DNA of 33,248 nt, taken from IMG/VR virus record IMGVR_UViG_3300002098_000021; one strand, given 5' to 3'. Of the stretch, positions 1 through 7,440 are shown piece by piece (position 1 is the first letter of the stretch; each line of letters begins with the position of its first letter). Both the position numbers and the translations under genes were made by a program. The stretch comes from a virus. The notes beneath the pieces are model-generated. The model ran no database searches. It saw only the letters and a program-made list of their open reading frames with translations, and had not been told where the DNA came from.

Positions 1-89
1 TGGGCGTTTTGAAGTACCTGTAGGCATGAAACCAGCCGATATAGAGCAACAAGCTTTAGATTCGTACATGGCTGGCGGTAGAGCTGAAA
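1..89. repeat. Terminal overlap, copy A (identical to 33160-33248)
   Basis: Read directly: tgggcgttttgaagtacctgtaggcatgaaaccagccgat... occurs at both window ends. The implied unit length is 33159 bp. Confidence 0.95.
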
Positions 90-1936
90 GCGTACTATCA
101 AATAAAGAAAAAAATATTCCTAAAGTATTGGCTCAAAGTGCTGGTAAAGCGATAGCTAATATAGGTGATTTGGCTTTAGGTGCGCCTGAAAACTACAAAC
201 GATTATATGAATATGCTAAAGGGAAGATACAAGGTCAAGATGTAGAAGCTCCTAGAGGCGCAACTCCAGTAAGCAATTTTCTTGTAAAACAAGGCGTATT
301 TACACCTGAAAATGAACCTAATAACGCAATTTTAAATACTGCTGATTTTGCTATTCAAGCTGCTCCAGCATTATCTAGAGGAGATATTGGCTCAATTCCA
401 TCTTTTGTAAAGGGAGTTGGAAGAAATTTAGGATATGGAACTATTGGTGGCGCAGGTGTAGAGGCTGGAAAGCAATTTGGCTTTCAAAACCCAATAGCAG
501 AGCAATTAATTGGTGCTGGAACAATGGCATTAGCTCAAACTCCTACAGCTATGAGACATACTGCTGCATCCGTAGCTCATCAAGCAACTCGGAATTTGAC
601 TCAAGACCAATTAAATGCTGCTCATAACTTAGTTCAAGAATCATATAAATTAGGTTCTCCTATAACAGGCGCAGAAGCGATTTCTAAGGTAGCTGGAACA
701 AGTCCATTGGCAGCCGTTCAAAGAGTCGTAGAGAGCCTTCCTGATAGTGCTGAAACGATGTCTACATTCATGGCTAAACGCCCACAAGCAAATGAGCAAA
801 TGATTGCCAATGCTTTGCGCCAAGTTAGCCCTGTAACACCTACTTCTGCAACTCCTAAAAACTTGCAAAATGCTGCAGGTCAATTAATTGGTGGAGCTGA
901 AAAAAGCCTTACAGAAAATGTAAATCCTTATTACAAAGAAGCTGAAAAATTAGGCGTATACCCAACTCCTTCTGTTTTTGCTAATCCAAGAATTGAAGAA
1001 GCTGTTGATGCCGTTACAAAAACAGCTAAATATGGTGTAAAAGGTGGAAATCCCAATAATTTTGATACTTTGATTGCTGCTAAAAAGTATCTAAATGACG
1101 AATATCAGACTCAAATGAAATCCTCTACAGGATTACAAAAGGGTGCTGGAGCAATTACTACTGAAGCTGAAAATTTATTAAGCAATTATTTAAAAGAACA
1201 ATCTCCTGCTTATGCAAAAGGAGCTTTGAACTATGAAACTGCTCAAAATACTCAATTACAACCATTGCGTGAAGGCCCTGTAGGTCAAATTGCTGAAGGC
1301 GGTAAAGCATCTCAAATATTGATGCCTACTAAGCCTGAATCTTTATATCCTGCTGATATAAAGCGTACAGTTGAATTATTGCGTAGGGAAAACCCTACTG
1401 CTGCTCAAGAATGGGTACGCCAAAATCTTGAAACTAATTTTAATGAAGCTGGACAAAATCTTCAAAATGGCCCTAATCAGTTTGGCGGAGCTAAGTTTGC
1501 TGCTATGTTGCGTGGTAATAATCAGCAATCTAAAAACTTAGAAGCTTTAGTAACTGAATCTGCTGGCAAAGATGCTTACAAGGGATTAGACAGAGTTCTT
1601 ACTAATCTTGAAGCACAAGGCACTCGTCAAGGAGCAGGTTCACAAACTTCATTTAATAATCAGTTCCAAAAAGAATTATCTGAAGGTGGCCCAATAGCTG
1701 CAGCTAAGCTTGTATTTAAACCTTCTGAAGTAGCTACTAAATACGAAGAATGGCAATTAAATAAAAACTCTAATCAGTTGGCTAATATGCTTACTAACCC
1801 TGATTCCATTAAGCAACTTCAAGATTTGGCTAGAACTAAACCTAATTCAGCTAAAGAACGAATTTTAATCAATAGCTTGGCAGCCGGATATATTGCTCAA
1901 AAGCCACAAATAGAAGCAACTGAGGAGAAAAAATAA
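1..1936 (+). CDS. Large virion internal/ejection-like protein (3' part; full gene is 1983 nt / 660 aa starting at 33113)
   Basis: The frame is open from base 2 with no upstream stop. The protein is large and Ala/Gln/Asn-rich. It follows the Q-rich proteins and precedes the fibre genes, as in podovirus ejection-protein blocks. I saw no enzymatic motif. Confidence 0.55.
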   Translation, partial: GRFEVPVGMKPADIEQQALDSYMAGGRAESVLSNKEKNIPKVLAQSAGKAIANIGDLALGAPENYKRLYEYAKGKIQGQDVEAPRGATPVSNFLVKQGVFTPENEPNNAILNTADFAIQAAPALSRGDIGSIPSFVKGVGRNLGYGTIGGAGVEAGKQFGFQNPIAEQLIGAGTMALAQTPTAMRHTAASVAHQATRNLTQDQLNAAHNLVQESYKLGSPITGAEAISKVAGTSPLAAVQRVVESLPDSAETMSTFMAKRPQANEQMIANALRQVSPVTPTSATPKNLQNAAGQLIGGAEKSLTENVNPYYKEAEKLGVYPTPSVFANPRIEEAVDAVTKTAKYGVKGGNPNNFDTLIAAKKYLNDEYQTQMKSSTGLQKGAGAITTEAENLLSNYLKEQSPAYAKGALNYETAQNTQLQPLREGPVGQIAEGGKASQILMPTKPESLYPADIKRTVELLRRENPTAAQEWVRQNLETNFNEAGQNLQNGPNQFGGAKFAAMLRGNNQQSKNLEALVTESAGKDAYKGLDRVLTNLEAQGTRQGAGSQTSFNNQFQKELSEGGPIAAAKLVFKPSEVATKYEEWQLNKNSNQLANMLTNPDSIKQLQDLARTKPNSAKERILINSLAAGYIAQKPQIEATEEKK

Positions 1937-2175
1937 TGAGTAGAAACGGAAGCGGAGTATATACACTCCCTACAGGTAATCCGGTAGTTACTGGAACTAT
2001 AATTGAGTCAGCTTGGGCAAATACAACAATGCAAAACATTGCTGATGCACTTACCCAATCAGTATCAGCAGATGGTCAAACTCCGATGAGTGGCCCTCTC
2101 AATATGACTACAAACGACATTAATAATGTTGGTACACTAACAGCTCTAACAGGCATCTTTGGCGGGACATACTAA
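1936..2175 (+). CDS. Small tail-fibre N-terminal/adaptor-like protein (79 aa)
   Basis: TAATG overlap with the upstream gene. The sequence GSGVYTLPTGNPVVTGTIIESAWANTTMQNIADALTQSVSADGQTPMSGPLNM resembles the conserved N-terminal anchor segment of phage fibre proteins. Confidence 0.45.
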   Translation: MSRNGSGVYTLPTGNPVVTGTIIESAWANTTMQNIADALTQSVSADGQTPMSGPLNMTTNDINNVGTLTALTGIFGGTY

Positions 2176-2177
2176 TC

Positions 2178-3323
2178 ATGGCACAGACAGGCTACACACC
2201 AATTTCGATTTACTATTCAGCTACGACTACTAATGTCCCTACTGCTGCTAACTTAGTTGCTGGCGAACTAGCTATTAATACTGCTGATGGCAAACTGTTT
2301 TACAAAGATTCTAGCGGAGTAGTGCAAGTTATTGCTGGTAAAGGCGGTGCTGGCGTAGCTGGTGGCTCTAATACCCAAGTTCAATACAATTCTAGCGGTT
2401 CATTGGCTGGTTCTGCCAATATGGTGTTTGATGGAACTAATTTAACTGTTTTAGGCTCTATTAGCACAACAATTTCTAGCAAAACAGCACAATTTAATGC
2501 TGCTGGTGGAAGTATTTATTCTTCTTATGCTGATGGAACAAAAACATGGCGTGTAGGCTCAGGTATTCAATCTGCTGGCTTGTTTAGTATTTATAACGCT
2601 ACTGATGCTGTTACAGCAGTGAATATTGACTCTAGTGGTAATGTAGGTATTGGTACTAGTAGTCCTTCTTCAGCTTTAACTATTGGTGCTGGTGGTGCAG
2701 CTAGATTTAATCGTGCAGATAACGCTACTTACAATGAAATTAAATATGTCACTTCAGGTGACCAGTTTTACTTTAATCAAAACAATAACGGAAATTACAC
2801 TTTTAATTTTGGTGGAACAGAAAAGATACGATTTACTGCTGCTGGTGACATAGTTTTAGCTGGTGGTAATACGGCAGCCAATGGAGTAGGTATCACCTTC
2901 CCAGCAACCCAATCCGCTTCATCTGATGCAAATACACTAGATGATTATGAAGAAGGTACTTGGACAGGAACACTTTCTAGTAATGGTGGAACAAACCCTA
3001 CCATTGGGTCTTATACTTCAAGAGTTGGCAAATATGTAAAAATAGGGCAAATGGTTTATTTTATGATAAACATTGGTTCTACTTCAATTTCAGGTGGAAG
3101 TGGTCAACTTTCAATTTCAGGTTTGCCATTTACTTCAAATGCTGGAACTTGGACTGCTGCAACAATGGGTTATAACAGTTCAGTAGGTTCAACTGCACCA
3201 ACAACGCCAATGGTAGGCCATAGTACTACTCAAATATCTATGTGGGCTGCAACAACAACTTTAACTTGGGGAAGTTATACAAGTTGTGATTGGTATTTAT
3301 CAGGTTCATATGTAACAACCTAA
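2178..3323 (+). CDS. Tail fibre / receptor-binding protein
   Basis: The N-terminus has GELAINTADGKLFYKDSSG and GSNTQVQYNSSGSLAGSANMVFDG fibre motifs. The body is Gly/Ser/Thr-rich. The C-terminal NTLDDYEEGTWTG segment is typical of phage fibre tip domains. Confidence 0.75.
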   Translation: MAQTGYTPISIYYSATTTNVPTAANLVAGELAINTADGKLFYKDSSGVVQVIAGKGGAGVAGGSNTQVQYNSSGSLAGSANMVFDGTNLTVLGSISTTISSKTAQFNAAGGSIYSSYADGTKTWRVGSGIQSAGLFSIYNATDAVTAVNIDSSGNVGIGTSSPSSALTIGAGGAARFNRADNATYNEIKYVTSGDQFYFNQNNNGNYTFNFGGTEKIRFTAAGDIVLAGGNTAANGVGITFPATQSASSDANTLDDYEEGTWTGTLSSNGGTNPTIGSYTSRVGKYVKIGQMVYFMINIGSTSISGGSGQLSISGLPFTSNAGTWTAATMGYNSSVGSTAPTTPMVGHSTTQISMWAATTTLTWGSYTSCDWYLSGSYVTT

Positions 3324-3370
3324 TTAACTAGCGTGGATTCGTTAGTCGGACACTTAACAGGAGAATTAAA

Positions 3371-3835
3371 ATGGCATTATCAAAAGAAGGGTGGACAAGC
3401 AAAACTCCAGAGTATCGTGCTTACATAGATGCAAAAAGCCGATGCTCTAATCCAAACAGCCACAGGTGGCACAGTCATGGTGGTAGAGGCATTGAGTTTA
3501 GGTTTACATCTTTCCAAGAGTTTATTGACCATTTAGGTAAACGACCTGATGGCTTGTCTTTGGATAGAATTAATAATGACGGACACTATGAAATTGGTAA
3601 TGTGCGTTGGGCAACAAATAGCACCCAAATGTCTAACAGAAGGAATTACACTAGAGCCTTTAGAGTTCGCAACGAAGTAGCCAAAAAATACTTAATTACT
3701 AAGCCAACTGGTGAAACTGTTGAAGTGTTTAATATGGCAGAGTTTTGTAGGCAGAATAATTTAAGGAAAGAGTGTTTACATAGCACTCTTAAGAATAATT
3801 GGTCACATCATGGCTTTAAAGCCCAATACGCATAA
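3371..3835 (+). CDS. HNH homing endonuclease (HNH_3-like), free-standing
   Basis: YRAYIDAKSRCSNPNSHRWHSHGGRGIEF...SLDRINNDGHYEIGNVRWATNSTQMSN is the classic phage HNH_3 signature. The gene sits in its own intergenic slot after the fibre gene. Confidence 0.8.
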   Translation: MALSKEGWTSKTPEYRAYIDAKSRCSNPNSHRWHSHGGRGIEFRFTSFQEFIDHLGKRPDGLSLDRINNDGHYEIGNVRWATNSTQMSNRRNYTRAFRVRNEVAKKYLITKPTGETVEVFNMAEFCRQNNLRKECLHSTLKNNWSHHGFKAQYA

Positions 3836-3847
3836 AGGAAAAATATC

Positions 3848-4108
3848 ATGTCTTTAACAAAAACAGTCACTATTGACCAGATTACTATTACTGAGAACGG
3901 CACAGTCTTGTATCGTGAAGCTACACGCATCATGGAAGATGGTAAGGAATTATCTAAGACATTTCATCGTTCTAGCCTTGCACCTGAAGCTGATTTAACA
4001 GGCGTACCAGCTAATGTTGTAGCTATCTGCAATGTAGCATGGACACCTGAAGTAATTGCTGCATACAAAGCACAAATAGAAGCAAGCAAATTACCTGTTG
4101 CAGAATAA
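3848..4108 (+). CDS. Hypothetical protein (86 aa)
   Basis: ATG with an AAGGAAA RBS, fitting the dense + strand gene series. No motif recognised. Confidence 0.5.
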   Translation: MSLTKTVTIDQITITENGTVLYREATRIMEDGKELSKTFHRSSLAPEADLTGVPANVVAICNVAWTPEVIAAYKAQIEASKLPVAE

Positions 4109-4142
4109 GTTTTTTAACTGTAGTACCAACTAGGAGAATGAC

Positions 4143-4370
4143 ATGGGCGAGAAAAAAACAACTCCCATTACCATTGACGATGTAGAGTATGTACTAGAAG
4201 ATATGAAGCCTGAACAGCAAGCTATGGTGAACCATATTGCTGATTTAGACAGAAAAATAGGCTCAACTCAGTTTAATTTAGACCAGTTACAAGTAGGCAA
4301 ACAAGCATTTATTGATATGCTCAAACGCTCTTTGACAGTCGAAAAGACTGAAGTTGAAGTAGTGCAATAA
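4143..4370 (+). CDS. Hypothetical protein (75 aa), predicted coiled coil
   Basis: A GGAGAA RBS lies upstream of the ATG. The protein is acidic and helical. No motif recognised. Confidence 0.5.
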   Translation: MGEKKTTPITIDDVEYVLEDMKPEQQAMVNHIADLDRKIGSTQFNLDQLQVGKQAFIDMLKRSLTVEKTEVEVVQ

Positions 4371-4379
4371 GGAATACCA

Positions 4380-4631
4380 ATGAACCAAGACTTTTTAAAT
4401 TGGGCTTTTGGAATATTTAATTTAATCCTAGGTGGTTTTATGAAAGCAATTTGGGATTCATATAAAGATTTAAAAAGAACTGATGATGCTTTAGCTGAAA
4501 AAGTTAATGCAATAGAAGTCTTGGTCGCTGGACAATATGTAAAGCGTGATGATTTTGATAGAGTTGCTAATGCTATTTTTGCTAAATTAGACAAAATTAG
4601 CGATAAATTAGATAATAAAGCCGATAAATGA
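4380..4631 (+). CDS. Membrane-anchored coiled-coil protein; possible holin/antiholin-type lysis regulator
   Basis: The N-terminal hydrophobic helix WAFGIFNLILGGFMKAIW is followed by a charged helical region. This is the first gene of the lysis cluster and it overlaps the next gene (ATGA). Confidence 0.4.
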   Translation: MNQDFLNWAFGIFNLILGGFMKAIWDSYKDLKRTDDALAEKVNAIEVLVAGQYVKRDDFDRVANAIFAKLDKISDKLDNKADK

Positions 4632-4810
4632 AAGCCCATAAATCCAAGACAATGTGGTTTTCATTGGCTCTTGTGATTATCGGAGCTTTATCTGACAACT
4701 TACCTGCAATACAAGCTTTTATAAGCCCACAAGTTTATGGCTATTCTTTAATAACCATAGGAGTAATTTGTGCTGTTCTTCGCTTTTACACTTCAAAGCC
4801 CATAGAATGA
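4628..4810 (+). CDS. Putative holin (60 aa, two TM helices)
   Basis: MWFSLALVIIGALS and YGYSLITIGVICAVLRF form two hydrophobic helices. The protein is small and sits in the lysis cluster. Confidence 0.5.
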   Translation: MKAHKSKTMWFSLALVIIGALSDNLPAIQAFISPQVYGYSLITIGVICAVLRFYTSKPIE

Positions 4811-5358
4811 TTTATTTAATCTATCTAGTCTTAGTACCAATTAGCCTTTTAATCACTCTAGTAGCTGTTATATTAGCTCCTCTCATGCCTATCTTTGCTG
4901 TTCAAAAGCTTTGGTGGTGCGATAACCATTTTTATCAAGCTGTTGGCCCTGTTCTTCCTACATGGCTTAACTGGTTTATGACTCCGGACAATACTCTTGA
5001 TGGAGATGCTGGATTTCAAGTAAACAATGGCATTAGCTATTGGTCTAAAGTTAAATGGCTATGGCGTAACCCTGCTTATAGCTTTGCATTACGCTATTTA
5101 TCATACCCTTATGAAACGACTGTATATGGCGATAAAACCATTAAAGACAACGATAACGCAAAAGCTGGTTACTGTTTTGTTCGAGTTAATGGCTTGTTTC
5201 AGTTTCGTTATATTAAGCGTATTGCTAATACTAATCGCTGTATTTTGGTCAATCTTGGCTGGAATATCATGGGCTTGGTCGATGATAATGTCGTTCCAAA
5301 GCCTGATAGTTGGCAAGCTACATTCGTATTTTCGCCAAGAATAAGCGGATTTCGATAA
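4807..5358 (+). CDS. Conserved-looking membrane protein of unknown function (183 aa)
   Basis: I place the start at the ATG overlapping the upstream stop (ATGA), rather than the track start at 4768. The N-terminal TM is IYLVLVPISLLITLVAVILAPLMPIF, followed by LPTWLNWFMTPDNTLDGDAGF. It lies between the holin-like and spanin genes. Confidence 0.55.
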   Translation: MIYLIYLVLVPISLLITLVAVILAPLMPIFAVQKLWWCDNHFYQAVGPVLPTWLNWFMTPDNTLDGDAGFQVNNGISYWSKVKWLWRNPAYSFALRYLSYPYETTVYGDKTIKDNDNAKAGYCFVRVNGLFQFRYIKRIANTNRCILVNLGWNIMGLVDDNVVPKPDSWQATFVFSPRISGFR

Positions 5359-5741
5359 TGTTTGGCGTTAATCTTTATGTCATTTATGCGCTAGTTGTTA
5401 TTAGCCTGTTTTGTGGTGGCTTTGTAAGTGGATGTAGTCATGAGCAATCAGCTCAAGAAAAGACTATCAGAGCTAAAGAACATCAATATCAATCGGATGC
5501 AGATAACATAAGGATGCAAAAAGATGCTCAAATCAAAGTTATTAATACTCAGCTTGTTGATGCCGTTAGTCAGTTGCGTAGCCGTTCCAGTAACGCCACA
5601 AAAACCATCAATGGACAGGATTGCAACGGAGCAGCCCTTTCTTCCCCGGATGCAGAGTTTCTTATCAGGGAAGCTGCCAGAGCAGATGAAATAAGAGTTG
5701 GCTTACAAGCCTGTTACAAACAGTACGATTCCTTGAAATGA
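5358..5741 (+). CDS. Rz: i-spanin (Rz-like)
   Basis: I place the start at the TAATG overlap, not the track start at 5310. The N-terminal TM is LYVIYALVVISLFCGGFV, followed by a long charged helical periplasmic part. The gene contains an embedded +1-frame lipoprotein gene. Confidence 0.7.
   Translation: MFGVNLYVIYALVVISLFCGGFVSGCSHEQSAQEKTIRAKEHQYQSDADNIRMQKDAQIKVINTQLVDAVSQLRSRSSNATKTINGQDCNGAALSSPDAEFLIREAARADEIRVGLQACYKQYDSLK
5524..5694 (+). CDS. Rz1: o-spanin (Rz1-like lipoprotein, 56 aa), fully embedded in the +1 frame of the Rz-like gene
   Basis: Hand translation gives MLKSKLLILSLLMPLVSC|VAVPVTPQKPSMDRIATEQPFLPRMQSFLSGKLPEQMK. It has a basic n-region, a hydrophobic core, an LVSC lipobox and a short Pro-rich mature part. 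An AAGGA sits 9 nt upstream. The ORF is below the 60-aa cutoff of the ORF track. Confidence 0.75.
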   Translation: MLKSKLLILSLLMPLVSCVAVPVTPQKPSMDRIATEQPFLPRMQSFLSGKLPEQMK

Positions 5742-5959
5742 ATAAAGAAAATGTAGCCCTTTGGGTAACTCTTATAGCTACTATTACTTTGGCTGTTATT
5801 TTGCTATCTATGGTGACAGTAATGCTAAAAGGCTTGTTTATCAGCGATATAGACAACCAAGAAGTATTTAAAGCCATTACACCTGCATTTCAAATGATTG
5901 TGGGAGCTTTTGTAGGGCTAGTAGCTGGTATCAAATTAGGACAATCAGATGACGAATGA
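5738..5959 (+). CDS. Putative holin (73 aa, two TM helices) immediately upstream of the endolysin
   Basis: LWVTLIATITLAVILLSMVTVML and FQMIVGAFVGLVAGIKL are hydrophobic helices, and the C-terminus is charged. The gene overlaps both neighbours. Confidence 0.55.
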   Translation: MNKENVALWVTLIATITLAVILLSMVTVMLKGLFISDIDNQEVFKAITPAFQMIVGAFVGLVAGIKLGQSDDE

Positions 5960-6542
5960 ACAATTACAAGCTCTTGGTTTAGGCCCACAATGGATAGAAC
6001 CATTAAATGAAACTTTTGAAAAATATCAAATAAATACTCCTAAAAGACAAGCTTGTTTTCTTGGTCAAGCCCTTCATGAATCCGGTGGATTTAAGAATCT
6101 TACAGAAAACCTTAATTATTCAGCTCAAGGCTTAATGCGTACATGGCCTTCACGCTTTCCTGATATTGATACTGCTGAAAAATACGAACATAATCCTGCA
6201 AAGATAGCTGATAAAGTCTATTCAGGGCGTATGGGAAATACTGAAGAAGGCGATGGAGCTAAATATATTGGTCGAGGCATTTTTCAGCTAACTGGCAAGG
6301 AAAATTATGCAAACTGTGGACTTGGTCTTGGTGTGGATTTGCTTGGGAATCCTGATTGGCTGGCTACTCCTAAATATGCGACTTTGAGTGCTGGATGGTA
6401 TTGGAACAAAAAAAACCTTAACCAATATGCCGATACGAACCCTATGGACATAGAGACTATGACCAAGCGTATCAATGGTGGTACGCTCGGTCTAGATAGT
6501 CGTAAAGCTCAAATTAATAAGGTTTTGGACATCATTACTTAG
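5949..6542 (+). CDS. Endolysin, glycoside hydrolase family 19 (chitinase-like lysozyme)
   Basis: FLGQALHESGGF, YIGRGIFQLTGKENY, SAGWYWNKKNLN and INGGTLGLDSRK match the GH19 phage endolysin signature. There is no N-terminal TM or SAR segment. Confidence 0.9.
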   Translation: MTNEQLQALGLGPQWIEPLNETFEKYQINTPKRQACFLGQALHESGGFKNLTENLNYSAQGLMRTWPSRFPDIDTAEKYEHNPAKIADKVYSGRMGNTEEGDGAKYIGRGIFQLTGKENYANCGLGLGVDLLGNPDWLATPKYATLSAGWYWNKKNLNQYADTNPMDIETMTKRINGGTLGLDSRKAQINKVLDIIT

Positions 6543-6819
6543 ATAGTCCTGAAGCTATGCGATTAGCCTTAAAAAGATAATCATTGCGAATAGTTGATGG
6601 TGGAATCCATCCATAAGCCTTCCAGAGTTTTTGAACATCCGCACCGGATGAATACTTAAATTGACTATTTTTGGATACTGCTAGTTTTTCGTTTTCCATA
6701 ACTTCCTCTTCATATTTTCCATAAAAAGGGATGTATTCCGTAAAAATAATTTCCGCTTTACCTTCAGCATTAATAGTGAAACTTCCATCGAGTTCTTTAA
6801 AGACATTGGGTACTTTCAT
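6535..6819 (-). CDS. Hypothetical protein (94 aa), last gene of the leftward operon
   Basis: The ATG overlaps the stop of the upstream mini-ORF (ATGA). No motif recognised. Confidence 0.55.
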   Translation of the reverse strand: MKVPNVFKELDGSFTINAEGKAEIIFTEYIPFYGKYEEEVMENEKLAVSKNSQFKYSSGADVQKLWKAYGWIPPSTIRNDYLFKANRIASGLSK

Positions 6820-6959
6820 AGTAAATCCTCCAGTTGAATATTGCGTTCTTCTAACAACTTCATAAACTTTTTAATAGCTACATCCAGTATTTGCGCTACT
6901 CTTTGATGGCTAACGCCTTCAATTTCAGCTATTTGGTCTAAAGTCATTGGCTCGTTCAT
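6816..6959 (-). CDS. 47-aa helix-turn-helix mini-protein resembling sigma-70 region 4
   Basis: Hand translation gives MNEPMTLDQIAEIEGVSHQRVAQILDVAIKKFMKLLEERNIQLEDLL. It has ATGA overlaps at both ends. The LDQIAEIEGVSHQRVAQILDVAIKK pattern is like sigma region 4.2. The ORF is below the track cutoff. Confidence 0.6.
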   Translation of the reverse strand: MNEPMTLDQIAEIEGVSHQRVAQILDVAIKKFMKLLEERNIQLEDLL

Positions 6960-7288
6960 ACAGTAGCCTTTTCAATAAAACGAGCATTGGCTGATTCTGT
7001 TCTATACAAATCGACTTTTATCTGAGCTGCTACTAGCTGCCACTTTAATTTTTCTTCAGTCTCTACAGCCTCTTTTAAGCCGTCTAGGAGCTTCTTGTAG
7101 TCCGGGTGAGCATACGCATCCCTCTCTTGTGCAGAAATCGCTTCTACGCCCTTAAAAAGGGCTTCTTGCATGAGTAATGCTTTCTTTGACTTCCTAAATT
7201 CCTCTAGGTATAGCCTTTCTGATTTAGCCTTGCTATAGGGAGCAGCCGTTTTAAGAATGAACTCAACTACTTTTTCCATGTTTTCCAT
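6956..7288 (-). CDS. Hypothetical coiled-coil protein (110 aa)
   Basis: Translationally coupled in the leftward operon. The protein is helical and charged. No motif recognised. Confidence 0.55.
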   Translation of the reverse strand: MENMEKVVEFILKTAAPYSKAKSERLYLEEFRKSKKALLMQEALFKGVEAISAQERDAYAHPDYKKLLDGLKEAVETEEKLKWQLVAAQIKVDLYRTESANARFIEKATV

Positions 7289-7440
7289 TAAAACCTTGCC
7301 TCCTCAAATTTAAAAATAGGCTTATTTACCTTTTTGGCAACAATTTTCCATTCCGGTCTAAGTGATACAAGGTACTGAGCTTCAGTTTTGCTTTTAACTT
7401 GGCGAATCATGCCTAGTTCGTCATAAATGTAATAAATCAT
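7288..7440 (-). CDS. Hypothetical small protein (50 aa)
   Basis: Hand translation gives MIYYIYDELGMIRQVKSKTEAQYLVSLRPEWKIVAKKVNKPIFKFEEARF. It fills the gap exactly, with an ATGA overlap upstream and a TAATG overlap downstream. Confidence 0.45.
   Translation of the reverse strand: MIYYIYDELGMIRQVKSKTEAQYLVSLRPEWKIVAKKVNKPIFKFEEARF

Noticed and set aside
1-89. Considered whether the 89-bp terminal repeat represents genuine physical direct terminal repeats (T7-like ends).
   Set aside because: The repeat lies wholly inside an ORF that is restored in frame by circularisation, and it has no flanking non-coding sequence. An assembly or circular-permutation overlap is more parsimonious. This cannot be excluded without reads.
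4768-5357. Track starts at 4768 and 5310 for the membrane protein and Rz-like genes, and the alternative-frame ORF 5027-5344.
   Set aside because: The upstream extensions overlap the preceding genes and begin without an RBS. The ATGA/TAATG-coupled starts at 4807 and 5358 fit the operon pattern. ORF 5027-5344 is an out-of-frame shadow of the 183-aa gene.
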